DNA from: Alphaproteobacteria bacterium
GTDB lineage: Bacteria; Pseudomonadota; Alphaproteobacteria; UBA828
DNA: 64,000 bases
Direction of reading: 5' to 3'
Assembly: GCA_965214705.1 (NCBI GenBank)
Contig: OZ243972.1
Span: 32,001-96,000, forward strand
This document shows positions 42,744 through 54,194 of the stretch, in pieces. Within the stretch, counting starts at the first letter, position 1. Each line of letters opens with the position of its first letter. The position numbers were made by a program, and so were the translations under genes. The notes below the pieces were generated by a model that was given only the letters and a program-made list of their open reading frames with translations, ran no database searches and had not been told where the DNA came from.

Positions 42744-42791
42744 GGCGCTGTCGGAGCTCTCCCCTAAGCGGGTGACGGAGGGCGGGCCGCG

Positions 42792-43895
42792 CTAGGCACG
42801 ACCCAGCGCCTCGCCCGTTTCCGCATCGAACAGGTGGCACTTGCCCGGCGGCAGCACCGCCTTGACCGAGGCGCCAAGCTCGATGCCGTACTGCTTGCCC
42901 TCGGCGATCTTCAGCCGGCGCTCGCCGGCGGCGAGATGGACGATGGTGCGCGGGCCGATGGGTTCGACGAACGTCACGGTCGCCTCGATGCCGGGAGCAG
43001 TATGGCCGGTCGGCTCGATCTCGAGGTCCTCAGGCCGCGCGCCGAAAATCAGCTCGGCATCCCGCGCCGCATCGCAGCGCCGCTTGAGCGCGCCGTCTTC
43101 CACGGCCGCGCTGCCACCTTCGCCGAAATCAAGCGCATAGCTGCCGTCTCCGCCGGAGAGCGTGCACGGCACCAGATTCATGCTGGGGCTGCCCATGAAG
43201 TTGGCGACGAAGACGTTGCGGGGCTCGTTGTAGACCTCGATGGGCGAGCCGTACTGCTGCAGCACGCCCAGGTCCATCACGGCGATCCGGTCGGCGAGGC
43301 TCATCGCCTCGATCTGGTCGTGGGTGACGTAGACCATGGTCTGCTGGAACTGGTGCTGCAGGTGCTTGAGCTCGGTCCGCATGAAGGCCCGGAAGGCTGC
43401 ATCGAGATTACTAAGTGGCTCGTCCAGCAGAAAAATCTCGGGCTCGGTGATGGCCGAGCGGCCGATCGCGACCTTTTGCAGCTCGTTGACGCTGAGCTTG
43501 GCGGTGGGCCAATCGATACGGTCTTCGAGGCGCATAAGCTGAGACATGGCAGCCACGCGGCGCTGGACCTCGGCCTTGGGCACGCCCCGCACCTTGAGTC
43601 CGAACGCCAGATTCTCGCGCACCGAAAGATGGGTGAAGATGGCGTAGTTCTGAAACACGAACCCGACCTTGCGCCGGCTGGCCGGCACCGTGCGCATGTC
43701 TCGGCCATCGAAGAGGATCTGCCCGTCGGACGGCGTCTCGATGCCGGCGATCATGTTCATCGTCGTGGTCTTGCCGCAGCCCGACGGCCCAAGCAGGGCC
43801 ACGAACTCCTTGTCCCTGATTTCAAGATTGAGGGAGGCGACCGCAGTCAGGTCGCCGAAGCGCTTCGTCAGGCTGGCAAGCGTGATTGACGCCAT
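42792..43895 (-). CDS. Carbohydrate-type ABC transporter ATP-binding protein (MalK/UgpC family, degenerate signature)
   Basis: GPSGCGKTT, LSVNELQK in place of LSGGQ, LDEPLSNLD, YVTHDQ. Confidence 0.92.
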   Translation of the reverse strand: MASITLASLTKRFGDLTAVASLNLEIRDKEFVALLGPSGCGKTTTMNMIAGIETPSDGQILFDGRDMRTVPASRRKVGFVFQNYAIFTHLSVRENLAFGLKVRGVPKAEVQRRVAAMSQLMRLEDRIDWPTAKLSVNELQKVAIGRSAITEPEIFLLDEPLSNLDAAFRAFMRTELKHLQHQFQQTMVYVTHDQIEAMSLADRIAVMDLGVLQQYGSPIEVYNEPRNVFVANFMGSPSMNLVPCTLSGGDGSYALDFGEGGSAAVEDGALKRRCDAARDAELIFGARPEDLEIEPTGHTAPGIEATVTFVEPIGPRTIVHLAAGERRLKIAEGKQYGIELGASVKAVLPPGKCHLFDAETGEALGRA

Positions 43896-43904
43896 GGCTC
43901 TTCT

Positions 43905-45053
43905 CTAATGGCGGCCGCGGGCCTCGATCGGCCAGATGTCGACCAGGGTCTCGCCACGAACGCAGTGGTAGTGGTCATAGAGGTTCACGGTCGGGTCGCA
44001 GTGCGGCACGATGCACTCCAGCGCCGCGCCGATCCTGAGCCGCTCGTTGGCGCTGGCGAAGACGATGCGTCCGTGCTCGTCGCCGAAATTCTCGTAGTGC
44101 GCGCCGATGGGCACGCCGGTGTGGAAACGCGGCAGTGGCCCGTCGGTGGCGAAGCACTTGAGGCCGGCGTCCATGGTCGCGCTGCCGTCGTGGCTCGCGG
44201 AAACCACCGTCGAGCGGACGAAGAGCGCGGGCTCGAAGCGCCACTCGCCGCTATCGCGCGCCTGAACGTCGAGGTACTCGACGTCCATGACCACGTAGGA
44301 GCCGACCTGGAGCTCGGTCATCAGCCCGATCTCCGTGTCGATATCGTGGGTGCCGGTGCCGGCGCCGGTGACGATGGGCACCACGATGCCTTGCCCTACG
44401 AGCCGGTCACGCGCCTCGCGCAGCGGCGCCAGATCGCCGTGGGAGGTCGCGCGGCGGTCGCTAAAATCCTCGATGTGCTGGACGTGCCCGGCATAGCCCT
44501 GAAGCCCGCAGAAACGCAGGCTCTCGCTCGCGTCCGCCACCTCGGCCAGCGCGACCGCCGTCTCCGCGTCGCGCGTGCCGGTGCGGTGCAGCCCGACATC
44601 AACATCGATCACCACGTCCAGCACGAACCCGGACGCGGCCGCAGCGGCTTCGAGGGCGCGCAGGTTATCCATGTCGTCGGCCACCACCATGAGCGATTCG
44701 TGGTCCCGGCGGAGCGCCATGAGGCGATTGATCTTGGCGGGCGCCACGATCGGCGAGGTGATGAGCAGTCCCTCGATCCCGCCTGCCGCCAGCGCCTCCG
44801 CCTCGCCCAGCGTCGCGCAGCAGATGCCCAGCGCACCGGCGTCCAGCTGGCGGCGCGCGATCTGCACGCTCTTGTGGGTCTTGGCGTGAGGGCGGACCGC
44901 GACGCCCTGCTCCGCCGCGTAGGCCGCCATCGTGGCGATGTTGCGCTCCATCGCGTCGAGATCGAGCACGAGAGCGGGCGTGATCAGGCGGGCCCGAGAC
45001 TCGCGCTCGTCGATCAGAGACTCGTTCGGCCCAAGCGCCGCCGACGTGGTCAT
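43905..45053 (-). CDS. DSD1-family PLP enzyme (D-threonine aldolase / 3-hydroxy-D-aspartate aldolase-like)
   Basis: TPALVLD, RPHAKTHK, HRTG, GAGTGT, ELQVGSY, DEHG, PHCDPTVNLYD. Confidence 0.9.
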   Translation of the reverse strand: MTTSAALGPNESLIDERESRARLITPALVLDLDAMERNIATMAAYAAEQGVAVRPHAKTHKSVQIARRQLDAGALGICCATLGEAEALAAGGIEGLLITSPIVAPAKINRLMALRRDHESLMVVADDMDNLRALEAAAAASGFVLDVVIDVDVGLHRTGTRDAETAVALAEVADASESLRFCGLQGYAGHVQHIEDFSDRRATSHGDLAPLREARDRLVGQGIVVPIVTGAGTGTHDIDTEIGLMTELQVGSYVVMDVEYLDVQARDSGEWRFEPALFVRSTVVSASHDGSATMDAGLKCFATDGPLPRFHTGVPIGAHYENFGDEHGRIVFASANERLRIGAALECIVPHCDPTVNLYDHYHCVRGETLVDIWPIEARGRH

Positions 45054-46084
45054 TCAAGCCCCCATCGCCTCGCTGTGCTTCCTTGCCCCGCCGCACAGTT
45101 GCGCGGCGGGTGGCACAGTCCGGAGCCTATCATCCGCATACCGGCGCGCCCTGCCAATAGGATATGTTGCACGCGGATGCAGACCGAGCGGACGGAGAGA
45201 ACGCATGAAGGTGGTGATCACGGGGGGCCTGGGCTTTCTCGGGCTGAGACTGGCGCGGACGCTGCTCGACAGGGGAACGCTGACCGGCGCCTCGGGCGAG
45301 CAGGAGTGGATCGACGAGATGATCTTCTTCGATGCCGTCGTGCCCGAGCAACCACCCGCCGGTCTCGACGACGAGCGGGTCTCGCTGGTCGCCGGCGATG
45401 TCTCTGACGGCGATACCGTGCGCGCCCTCATCGCGGGCGACTCCCTCTCGGTCTTCCACTTCGCCTCGGTGGTCAGCGCCGGCGCCGAGCAGGACTTCGA
45501 CCTCGCGCTCGCCGTCAACCTCACCGGCGGCCTCAACGTCCTCGACGCTTGCCGCGCCGCACCGGGCCTGCCGCGCCTCGTCTTCACCAGCAGCATCGCG
45601 GTCTACGGCGGCAGCGCGCTCCCTGAAACCGTCTCCGATATGACCAAGATCACGCCGCAGGGCACCTACGGCGTGACCAAGGTCATCAACGAGCACCTGG
45701 TGGCCGACTATACCCGCAAGGGCTATCTGGATGGCCGCGGTGGCAGGCCGCCCACCGTGATCGTGCGCCCTGGCAAGGTTAAGGGTTGGGCAGGCTCTCT
45801 CTCGAGAGCCTGCCCAACCCTTTTGAACGAAGCCGCGGGCCACGAGAGGCGAAGTTGAGCTATGTGGAAAGTGCGCTGATGTCAGCGTCAGGCGGCATCC
45901 ACCGGCAGCAGAGTTGCGCATAAAATCGACGCTCGCGCCGGTCTTTCGGCAGGCATGCGGGCGCACGCTGCGAGGACTGAGCGGGGTGTGAGCCGAGGGC
46001 TGTCAGCCCGGCTCAAGCGGAGACAGGTTCGGTCGTGCGTCGGCGCTTTGGCGCCGTTGCGCGGGGCCGAAGCGAGCGGGCGTC

Positions 46085-47326
46085 TCACGGTTTCCCCCTG
46101 TGGGTCGGCGGCAGCGCCGGCGGGCCGCGCGTCGAGCGGGGCTCATGGCGGCGGCGGATTTCGCGGACGAGGCGCATGACGCCGCCGCAGTGGGGGCAGG
46201 CCACGGGCGCGGTGCCGATCTCGGGCTCTTCGTCGGGCTCGGCCCGAGCGCCGTCCACGCTTCCCTCGGGGGCGGCGCAGCCGAGGGCGCCGAGAGCCTG
46301 GCGTGCTCTCTCCAGCGTGCTGGCGCGGCAGCCGTTGGCGAGGATGCCGAAGTAGCGAATGCGGTGCATGCCGTCCGGCAGGACGTGCCTCAGGAAGCGG
46401 CGGATGAACTCGTCGGCGCTCACGGTGGCGATGCCGTAGCGCGGCTTTCTCTGCCCCGGCGCCTTGGGCTTTCGGTGGCGGAAGGAGACCGTCTCGCCGT
46501 CGAAGGAGACGATGCGGCTGTCGGAGATGGCGATCCTGTGCGTGTAGTGCGAGAGGTACCGGAAGACCTGCTCAGGCCCGCGGAAGGGCCGCTTGGCGTA
46601 GACCACCCAGTCCCTGGCCCGGGCGGCGGCAAGCGTGGCGTGGAACTCGCCGGGATTGGCGAGGTGGGCGACGGTGCCGTGGAACTCCAGGTCCCCCCGG
46701 CCGTGGGCGCGGGCGAGCTCCTCGAGGAAGAGGCGGCGGAACAGGCTGCCGAGGACCTTGACGGGGGCGAGGAAGGTGGTGCTCCCCGTCTTCCACTCGC
46801 CACTGTCTACGTCGAAGCCCGCGTTGGGCACGACCACGTGCAGGTGCGGGTGGAAGCGGAGCTTCTGATCCCAGGTATGGAGGACCGCGGTGCCGCCGAT
46901 GCGCATGCCGCCGTGGCGGGGATCGGCGGCGATGGTGCGCAGGGTCTCGGCGACGGCCCGGAAGAGGATGTCGAACACCACCCTGCGGTTGCAGAAGGCA
47001 ATGGCGGCAACCTCCTTGGGCAGGGTGAAGACCACATGGAAGTAGGGCACCGGCAGGATGTCCCCGGCGCGCTCCTCGCTCCAGAGGTTGGCGGCGAGAC
47101 CCTGGCAGGTGGGGCAGTGGCGGTTGCGGCAGGAGTTGAAGAGCGGATGCTCGCGCCCGCAGCCCTCGCAGGCGTACATGTGGCCGCCGAGCACGGCGGT
47201 GCGGCACGCCTCGATGGCGCCCATGACCTTGAGCCGGGCGGCGTCGATGCGCCCTTTGTGGCGCTCACGGAAAGCGGCGCCGGCGCGGCGGAAGATCTCC
47301 GCCACGCCCGCGCGTTCGGCCTCCAC
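46085..47326 (-). CDS. IS91-family Y2 (HUH) transposase with N-terminal Zn-binding domain, intact
   Basis: CEGC, NSCRNRHCPTC, YFHVVFTLP, HTW, HPHLH, YLSHY, C-terminal CPHC. Confidence 0.95.
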   Translation of the reverse strand: MEAERAGVAEIFRRAGAAFRERHKGRIDAARLKVMGAIEACRTAVLGGHMYACEGCGREHPLFNSCRNRHCPTCQGLAANLWSEERAGDILPVPYFHVVFTLPKEVAAIAFCNRRVVFDILFRAVAETLRTIAADPRHGGMRIGGTAVLHTWDQKLRFHPHLHVVVPNAGFDVDSGEWKTGSTTFLAPVKVLGSLFRRLFLEELARAHGRGDLEFHGTVAHLANPGEFHATLAAARARDWVVYAKRPFRGPEQVFRYLSHYTHRIAISDSRIVSFDGETVSFRHRKPKAPGQRKPRYGIATVSADEFIRRFLRHVLPDGMHRIRYFGILANGCRASTLERARQALGALGCAAPEGSVDGARAEPDEEPEIGTAPVACPHCGGVMRLVREIRRRHEPRSTRGPPALPPTHRGKP

Positions 47327-47332
47327 GCGCCG

Positions 47333-48211
47333 TCAGTTGCGCAACGCTGCGAAGCCTGAGATCGGGTGGTCGAGGCCCTCGAACATCTTGCCGGTGACGC
47401 GGGCGTAGTGACGGGTCGTGTTCGCGCTTCGATGGCCGAGCATGTCCCGGATCACCTCGATATCGCCGCCGCGCTCGAGGAGATGGGTCGCCGCCGAATG
47501 GCGCAGGCAATGGAAGGTGTAGCTGCGGTCGAGCTCGGCAATGTCGCGCGCCCTCCTGAAGGCGGCCTGCAAGGTCTCCGTTGCGATGGGCCTGTCGAGC
47601 GAGACGCCGTAGAAGAGCCAGTTCGTCGGACGCGGCCAGATGTTCCTGTAGTAGACGCGCAAGTAGTGGATGACGATGTCCGGCAACGGTGCCATTCTCT
47701 CGGTGCCGCCTTTGCCGGAGGGGATGTGCAGCAGCTTCTTCTCCGACAGGATGTCGCCGACCTTGATGGCCAAGGTCTCGGAGATGCGGAGCCCGCCGCC
47801 ATAGCCGGTGACAATGGCAGCACGGTGGCGGAGGTCGGGTGTCGCAAGGATGAGGTGCTCGACCTCCTGCTCCGACATGTAGCGCGGCAGCTTGCCGGGC
47901 TTCTTGCGGGAGCGCAGGCCGGCGACATGGTCAGGCCAGCCGAGTGTGTCGATGTAGAGGAAGTTCAGCGCGGCGAAGGAGACGTTGGTCGTGCCCGGAC
48001 TGAGCCCCTTGTCGATCCGCCCCAGGTACCACTGGCGCACCTGCTCGGCGTCGAGCTCGTCCGGCGAGGCGTCGTAGTACCTGGCCAGGTTCTTGATCTC
48101 GCAGATGTAGGCCTTGGACGTGCTCGCGGCCAGATTGGCGATGCGGAGCTGCTCCTCCATGCGCTGGCGAAGAGGGGTGACGGTGTTCGTGTCGCACGCG
48201 GTCCCGGTCAT
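47333..48211 (-). CDS. Tyrosine recombinase/integrase, same protein as 6358-7236
   Basis: R-K-HxxR-H-Y catalytic residues present. Confidence 0.93.
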   Translation of the reverse strand: MTGTACDTNTVTPLRQRMEEQLRIANLAASTSKAYICEIKNLARYYDASPDELDAEQVRQWYLGRIDKGLSPGTTNVSFAALNFLYIDTLGWPDHVAGLRSRKKPGKLPRYMSEQEVEHLILATPDLRHRAAIVTGYGGGLRISETLAIKVGDILSEKKLLHIPSGKGGTERMAPLPDIVIHYLRVYYRNIWPRPTNWLFYGVSLDRPIATETLQAAFRRARDIAELDRSYTFHCLRHSAATHLLERGGDIEVIRDMLGHRSANTTRHYARVTGKMFEGLDHPISGFAALRN

Positions 48212-49067
48212 TATCGATCTCCCTGGATCGCGACGGCGCGCCGCCGGACCGATCCGGCGACGGTCCGTCGCAGGGGTCGATGCTAACCACTGGTGATCGG
48301 GAGGCTGCTGGGGATCCGCCACCCGACGGGCGGAGCGCCACTGACGCAACCGGGAAGCGAACGCACAGAACAAACGGCACCCGCGACGCCTCGGAAATGA
48401 ATGAACTCTACGCCGCTAACTCCGCGTAGCGGCTTCGTTCAAGCCCAACAAGGCGGCCTCCGGCTTCGCCAGCGGGCTCTTCCGCGAGCCGCTGGCCGGC
48501 ATCGACCACGAGCTCCCAGTGAGTCGGGACACGCGCATCGTCCTCGGCGGCTACCGCACGATCGTCGATAGTCTGGTCGCCCTCCACGAGGTGCCGAGCG
48601 CGGACCTCGGCGACGACCGCACCATCAACCTGCCCTCCTTCTCGGCGACGGCAGGCGAGATGGCGGCGGCGCTGGAGCGCGTGGGCGTGGGCCGCAGGCT
48701 AGGCGCCATCATCGACGCGCCCGATGCGGCGATCCAAAGGCTGGTTGGCTCCTGGCCGGCCTACGCGAAGGCCGACCGCGCGGCCGGCCTCGGCCTGCCC
48801 CAGAACCCGCCGCTCGACGAGGTGGTGCGCCAGTACATCGAGGACTACGTCGACAACTGACCCGCGCCGCACGCTGGCGTCTGGACCCGGCCCTGCCGTC
48901 CGTCTCGCACGGTGTCTGCGCCACACAGTGAGACGGACACACAATTTTTCTAGCGAGATGCGCCGGGATTAAGCGGGATAACTGCGATGTCGTGCGCGCG
49001 CGTCTCACCCGCACCTGAGGGTCGCGGGCGCGGAAAAGTAGCACAACCGACGATCCCACCTCCCCCT

Positions 49068-49146
49068 GTCCCCCTCCCCCAAAGGTGGAGGGGGGACGTG
49101 GCTGCACCGGCTTGCTCTCCCTCTCCGCCCCCGGGGGCGGAGAGGG
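49068..49146. repeat. REP-like GC-rich palindromes between convergent genes
   Basis: Imperfect hairpin at 49068-49097 and perfect 28-bp palindrome CCCTCTCCGCCCCCGGGGGCGGAGAGGG at 49119-49146. Confidence 0.7.
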
Positions 49147-49261
49147 CCAGGTGGGGGAGTTCTCTCCTTCTCGCATAGAATGATGGTGATGCGCTGGGCC
49201 GGCGCAGTGCACCGCACGATGGTTCGGAGAGTCTGAAGGGGCGGGGGGTTCCCCGGCGTGT

Positions 49262-50161
49262 CTACGCCGCGGCGCGAATGTCCTCCACCCGCGTGCCGTG
49301 CCAGCCCTCCTCGCGCTTCTGCCAGTAGCGGGACTGGATGCGGCTGGTGACGAGCCCCGCATGGCCGTTGCCGATGGGCTTGTCGCCGAGCCGCACCACC
49401 GGCATCACGCCGCCGGCCGTGGTGCTCGCGAACAGCTCGTCGGCCTCACCAAGCTCCTCCGGCTCCATCCGGCGGTAGGCGAAGGGAATCCCCTCCTCAT
49501 CGCAGAGCTCGGCGACCGCGCGCCGCGTGATTCCCTCCAGCACATTGGCGTCGGGCGACGCTACCGCGCCGTCGCGAACGACGAAGATGTTGTAGCCCGG
49601 CCCTTCGGTGAGCGAGCCGTCGGCGCCCACCAGGATCGCATCGTCGCAGTCGTTGTCGTAGGCCTCGAAGCGGGCCTGCACGAAGTCCGCCCGGTTGTAG
49701 TTCTTGTAGCGGGCGTCGATCGCCTTCGACGAGACCCGCTCGACGCCGCTGAGATAAAGGGCGGCGCCATTGCGGCACTTCTCCTCGCCCCAGATCCAGG
49801 CGTAAGGCGTGGCGTAGGCCACGAATTCGGGGGACCCGAGGCGCGGATCGCGGGTCTGGCTCTGGATTACGCCGCGGGTGAGTTGGATCTTCACGTAGCA
49901 GTTGTCGAGCCCGGTCCGCGCCACGCACTCGGCGAGGATGCCGCGCATCTCGTCTGCGCTGTATGGGTTCTCAAGCCGGAAGCCTTCGCAGGAGCGCTCG
50001 AAGCGCTCCAGGTGCTCGTCCAGCATGAAGAACCAGCCGGCCCAGGTGGAGGTCACGTCGTAAACCGTGTCGCTCCAGACGAAGCCTGCGTCGAAGATCG
50101 ACATCTTGGCGTCCTCGGGCGCGACGTACTCGCCGCCGATGAACACGCATCCCTCGCTCAT
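49262..50161 (-). CDS. Fold-type IV PLP aminotransferase
   Basis: DAGF..SD..YDV, HLERF, KNYN, EGPGYN, LEGITR, STTAGG. Confidence 0.9.
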   Translation of the reverse strand: MSEGCVFIGGEYVAPEDAKMSIFDAGFVWSDTVYDVTSTWAGWFFMLDEHLERFERSCEGFRLENPYSADEMRGILAECVARTGLDNCYVKIQLTRGVIQSQTRDPRLGSPEFVAYATPYAWIWGEEKCRNGAALYLSGVERVSSKAIDARYKNYNRADFVQARFEAYDNDCDDAILVGADGSLTEGPGYNIFVVRDGAVASPDANVLEGITRRAVAELCDEEGIPFAYRRMEPEELGEADELFASTTAGGVMPVVRLGDKPIGNGHAGLVTSRIQSRYWQKREEGWHGTRVEDIRAAA

Positions 50162-50172
50162 CGCTCTCTCCC

Positions 50173-51012
50173 TCACGAATTCTTCGCCAGCGCGTCGAAG
50201 GCGAGCAGCCGGTCGAGCAGCGCGGGCAGGGCATCCAGTGGCACCATGTTGGGGCCGTCGGAGGGCGCCTCGTCGGGCGCCGGGTGAGTCTCCATAAACA
50301 CCGCCGCGACGCCAACCGCAACCGCCGCCCGCGCCAGCACCGGCACGAACTCCCGCTGCCCGCCGCTCGACGAGCCCTGTCCGCCCGGCTGCTGCACCGA
50401 ATGGGTGGCGTCGAACACCACCGGGCAGCCGGTCTCCGCCAGCAGCGGCAGGCTCCGCATGTCCGAGACCAGTGTGTTGTAGCCGAAGCTCGCCCCCCGC
50501 TCGCACACCAGCACCCGGCGATTGCCGGCGCCGGCGATCTTCGCCACCACGTGGCGCATGTCCCAGGGCGCGAGGAACTGTCCCTTCTTCACGTTGATGG
50601 CCTTGCCGGTCGCCGCCGCCGCCAGCAGCAGGTCCGTCTGGCGGCAGAGGAACGCCGGGATCTGGAGCACGTCCACCGCCTGCGCCACGGCCGCGCACTG
50701 CTCCGGCAGATGCACGTCGGTCAGCACCGGGCAGCCGTGGGCGTCGCGCACCGCCTCCAGAATTGCGAGCCCCTCGTCGATGCCGATGCCGCGCGGGCTC
50801 CCGGCCGAGGTGCGGTTGGCCTTGTCGAAGGAGCTCTTGTAGACGAACGGCATGCCCCGCGCCGCCGTCATCTCCACCAGCGTCTCCGAGACCCGGAGCG
50901 CATGGTCGCGCCCCTCGATGGCGCAGGGGCCCGCGATGAGCGCGAGCGGCAGCGCGTTGCCGACCTCGAAATCGTTGATCGCCACCCGGCCGGAGGCGGG
51001 CGTCTCGCTCAC
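50173..51012 (-). CDS. kdsA: KDO8P synthase
   Basis: [44 protein letters not shown]. Confidence 0.97.
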   Translation of the reverse strand: MSETPASGRVAINDFEVGNALPLALIAGPCAIEGRDHALRVSETLVEMTAARGMPFVYKSSFDKANRTSAGSPRGIGIDEGLAILEAVRDAHGCPVLTDVHLPEQCAAVAQAVDVLQIPAFLCRQTDLLLAAAATGKAINVKKGQFLAPWDMRHVVAKIAGAGNRRVLVCERGASFGYNTLVSDMRSLPLLAETGCPVVFDATHSVQQPGGQGSSSGGQREFVPVLARAAVAVGVAAVFMETHPAPDEAPSDGPNMVPLDALPALLDRLLAFDALAKNS

Positions 51013-51030
51013 ATCGCCCTCATTTCGCTC

Positions 51031-52665
<1,635 letters not shown>

Positions 52666-52785
52666 CTACCTTATCAAACGCACCCGAGTCGCCACCACCC
52701 GTCTGTAGATTATTTGGTTCGTTTCGCCAGCCCCGCTAGGGCTTCGGCGTTGTAACCTGAAGCGCCGTCAAGGCGGCGCGGCCCC

Positions 52786-53157
52786 TCACTCAGCGCGGGG
52801 GACGGCCGGGCGGTCGTCCTCAAGCAGGTCCAGCGGCTCGATATCGGTGGGCAGGTCGAGCTCGCCCGGCAGGGGGAGGTCGTCCTCGATGATCAGCGGA
52901 TCTTCTTCCACGGTATCCAGCACCGATTCCTTCTCGGACCAGCTGCCGGAGAGAATAGCCAATACCAGGCTCAGGATCATGAAGGCCGCTGCCAGTCCCG
53001 CCGTCGCGCGCGTCAGCAGGTTGGCCGTGCCGCGCGCCGAGAACATCGCACCGGGGCCGCCGATGCCGAGCGCACCGCCCTCGCTCCGCTGAAGCAGCAC
53101 GAGCCCGATCATCGCAATCGCGATGATGATCAGGATCACGAGCAAAATCGTTTCCAC
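52786..53157 (-). CDS. secG: Preprotein translocase subunit SecG
   Basis: LVLLQRSEGGALG, ANLLTRAT; between tpiA and pyrG. Confidence 0.93.
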   Translation of the reverse strand: METILLVILIIIAIAMIGLVLLQRSEGGALGIGGPGAMFSARGTANLLTRATAGLAAAFMILSLVLAILSGSWSEKESVLDTVEEDPLIIEDDLPLPGELDLPTDIEPLDLLEDDRPAVPRAE

Positions 53158-53188
53158 TGCCGCTCCTCGCCGCTAATTCCGGGCGGAT

Positions 53189-53941
53189 TCAGCGGCACGC
53201 CTGACAAATCTGCCAGAACGTGTCCGCAGAGAGACTAGCACCGCCGACCAGCACACCGTCGACACCCGGCGCGGCCATGATCTCCCCCGCCTTCCGCGCC
53301 GTGACGGAGCCGCCATATAGCACGCGGAGCGCCGCACCGCTCCCTGAAAATCGCCTCTCCCAGCCGGCGCGCACCTCGGCGTGTGCCGCCTCGATGTCGG
53401 CCGGGGCCGGCGTGCGGCCGGTGCCGATGGCCCAGACCGGCTCGTAGGCGATCGCGGTGTTGTCGGTCGTCGAGCCGTCGGGCAGCGAGCGCTCGACCTG
53501 GCGGCCGATCACCGCGAGCGCCCGCCCGTCGTCGCGGTCGACCGCGCTCTCGCCGACGCAGACGATGGCGGCGAGCCCCGCCGCATGGGCCGCTGCCGCC
53601 TTGCCCGCCACCGTCTCGTCCGCCTCGCCGTGGCCGGCGCGGCGCTCCGAATGGCCGACGATGACGTAGGCGCAGCCGGCATCGGCGAGCATCGGCGCGC
53701 TCACGTCGCCGGTGTGCGCGCCCTCCGGCGTGGCGTGGCAATCCTGCCCGCCGAGCTCGATCTGCGAGCCCGCGAACACGGCCCTGAGCGCGAAAAGCAG
53801 CGTGGCCGGCGGGCAAACCACGATATCGCCGCCGCAATTGCCGCCCGCCGCGTGGCCGGCGAGCGCACTGGCGCGCGCGAGGCCGTCGGCATGGAGGCCG
53901 TTCATCTTCCAATTGGCCACGAAGAGCGGTCGGGGTGGCAT
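53189..53941 (-). CDS. tpiA: Triosephosphate isomerase
   Basis: ANWKMN, GHSERR, AYEPVWAIGTG, YGGSV, LVGGASL. Confidence 0.97.
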   Translation of the reverse strand: MPPRPLFVANWKMNGLHADGLARASALAGHAAGGNCGGDIVVCPPATLLFALRAVFAGSQIELGGQDCHATPEGAHTGDVSAPMLADAGCAYVIVGHSERRAGHGEADETVAGKAAAAHAAGLAAIVCVGESAVDRDDGRALAVIGRQVERSLPDGSTTDNTAIAYEPVWAIGTGRTPAPADIEAAHAEVRAGWERRFSGSGAALRVLYGGSVTARKAGEIMAAPGVDGVLVGGASLSADTFWQICQACR

Positions 53942-54194
53942 GAGCGCGGGCTGCGGTTGTGGGTGTTTGCGCCTCTTCCCCTGTACATAAGTGCAGGCTG
54001 CGGGCGAGGCCACCCCGCTCTATCACGGCCCGCGAGGATGGGCTAGGCGCCGAGGGCAGGACGGCGGAGTAGCGAGATCGTGAACGGAACGACAGGTTGC
54101 GTGTTGCCCGGTGCGCACAGGCGCTCCTATTATCCGGCGCAACGCGCACCCCGCGCTGGCTCGGGTGCGCCTCCACCATGCGACGGGTTCCGCA

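Larger units (their letters stand above)
45777..48440 (-). mobile_element. Tyrosine-recombinase + IS91-like Y2 transposase element, copy 2 (intact, 2664 bp)
   Basis: Bounded by AA at 45775-45776 and 48441-48442; same IR and hairpin ends as copy 1; interrupts the SDR gene. Confidence 0.95.
45205..48860 (+). pseudogene. Extended SDR, D-erythronate dehydrogenase (DenD)-like, interrupted (45205-45776 plus 48443-48860)
   Basis: TGGLGFLG, VVSAGAE, YGVTK, VRPGK|PNKAASGFAS. Rejoined ORF is 329 aa and in frame. Confidence 0.85.

Noticed and set aside
45773-48443. CAAG as a 4-bp target duplication or canonical IS91 target at copy 2
   Set aside because: Copy 1 shares only TT with its flanks (ATTT site), so the extra matches at copy 2 are probably coincidental.
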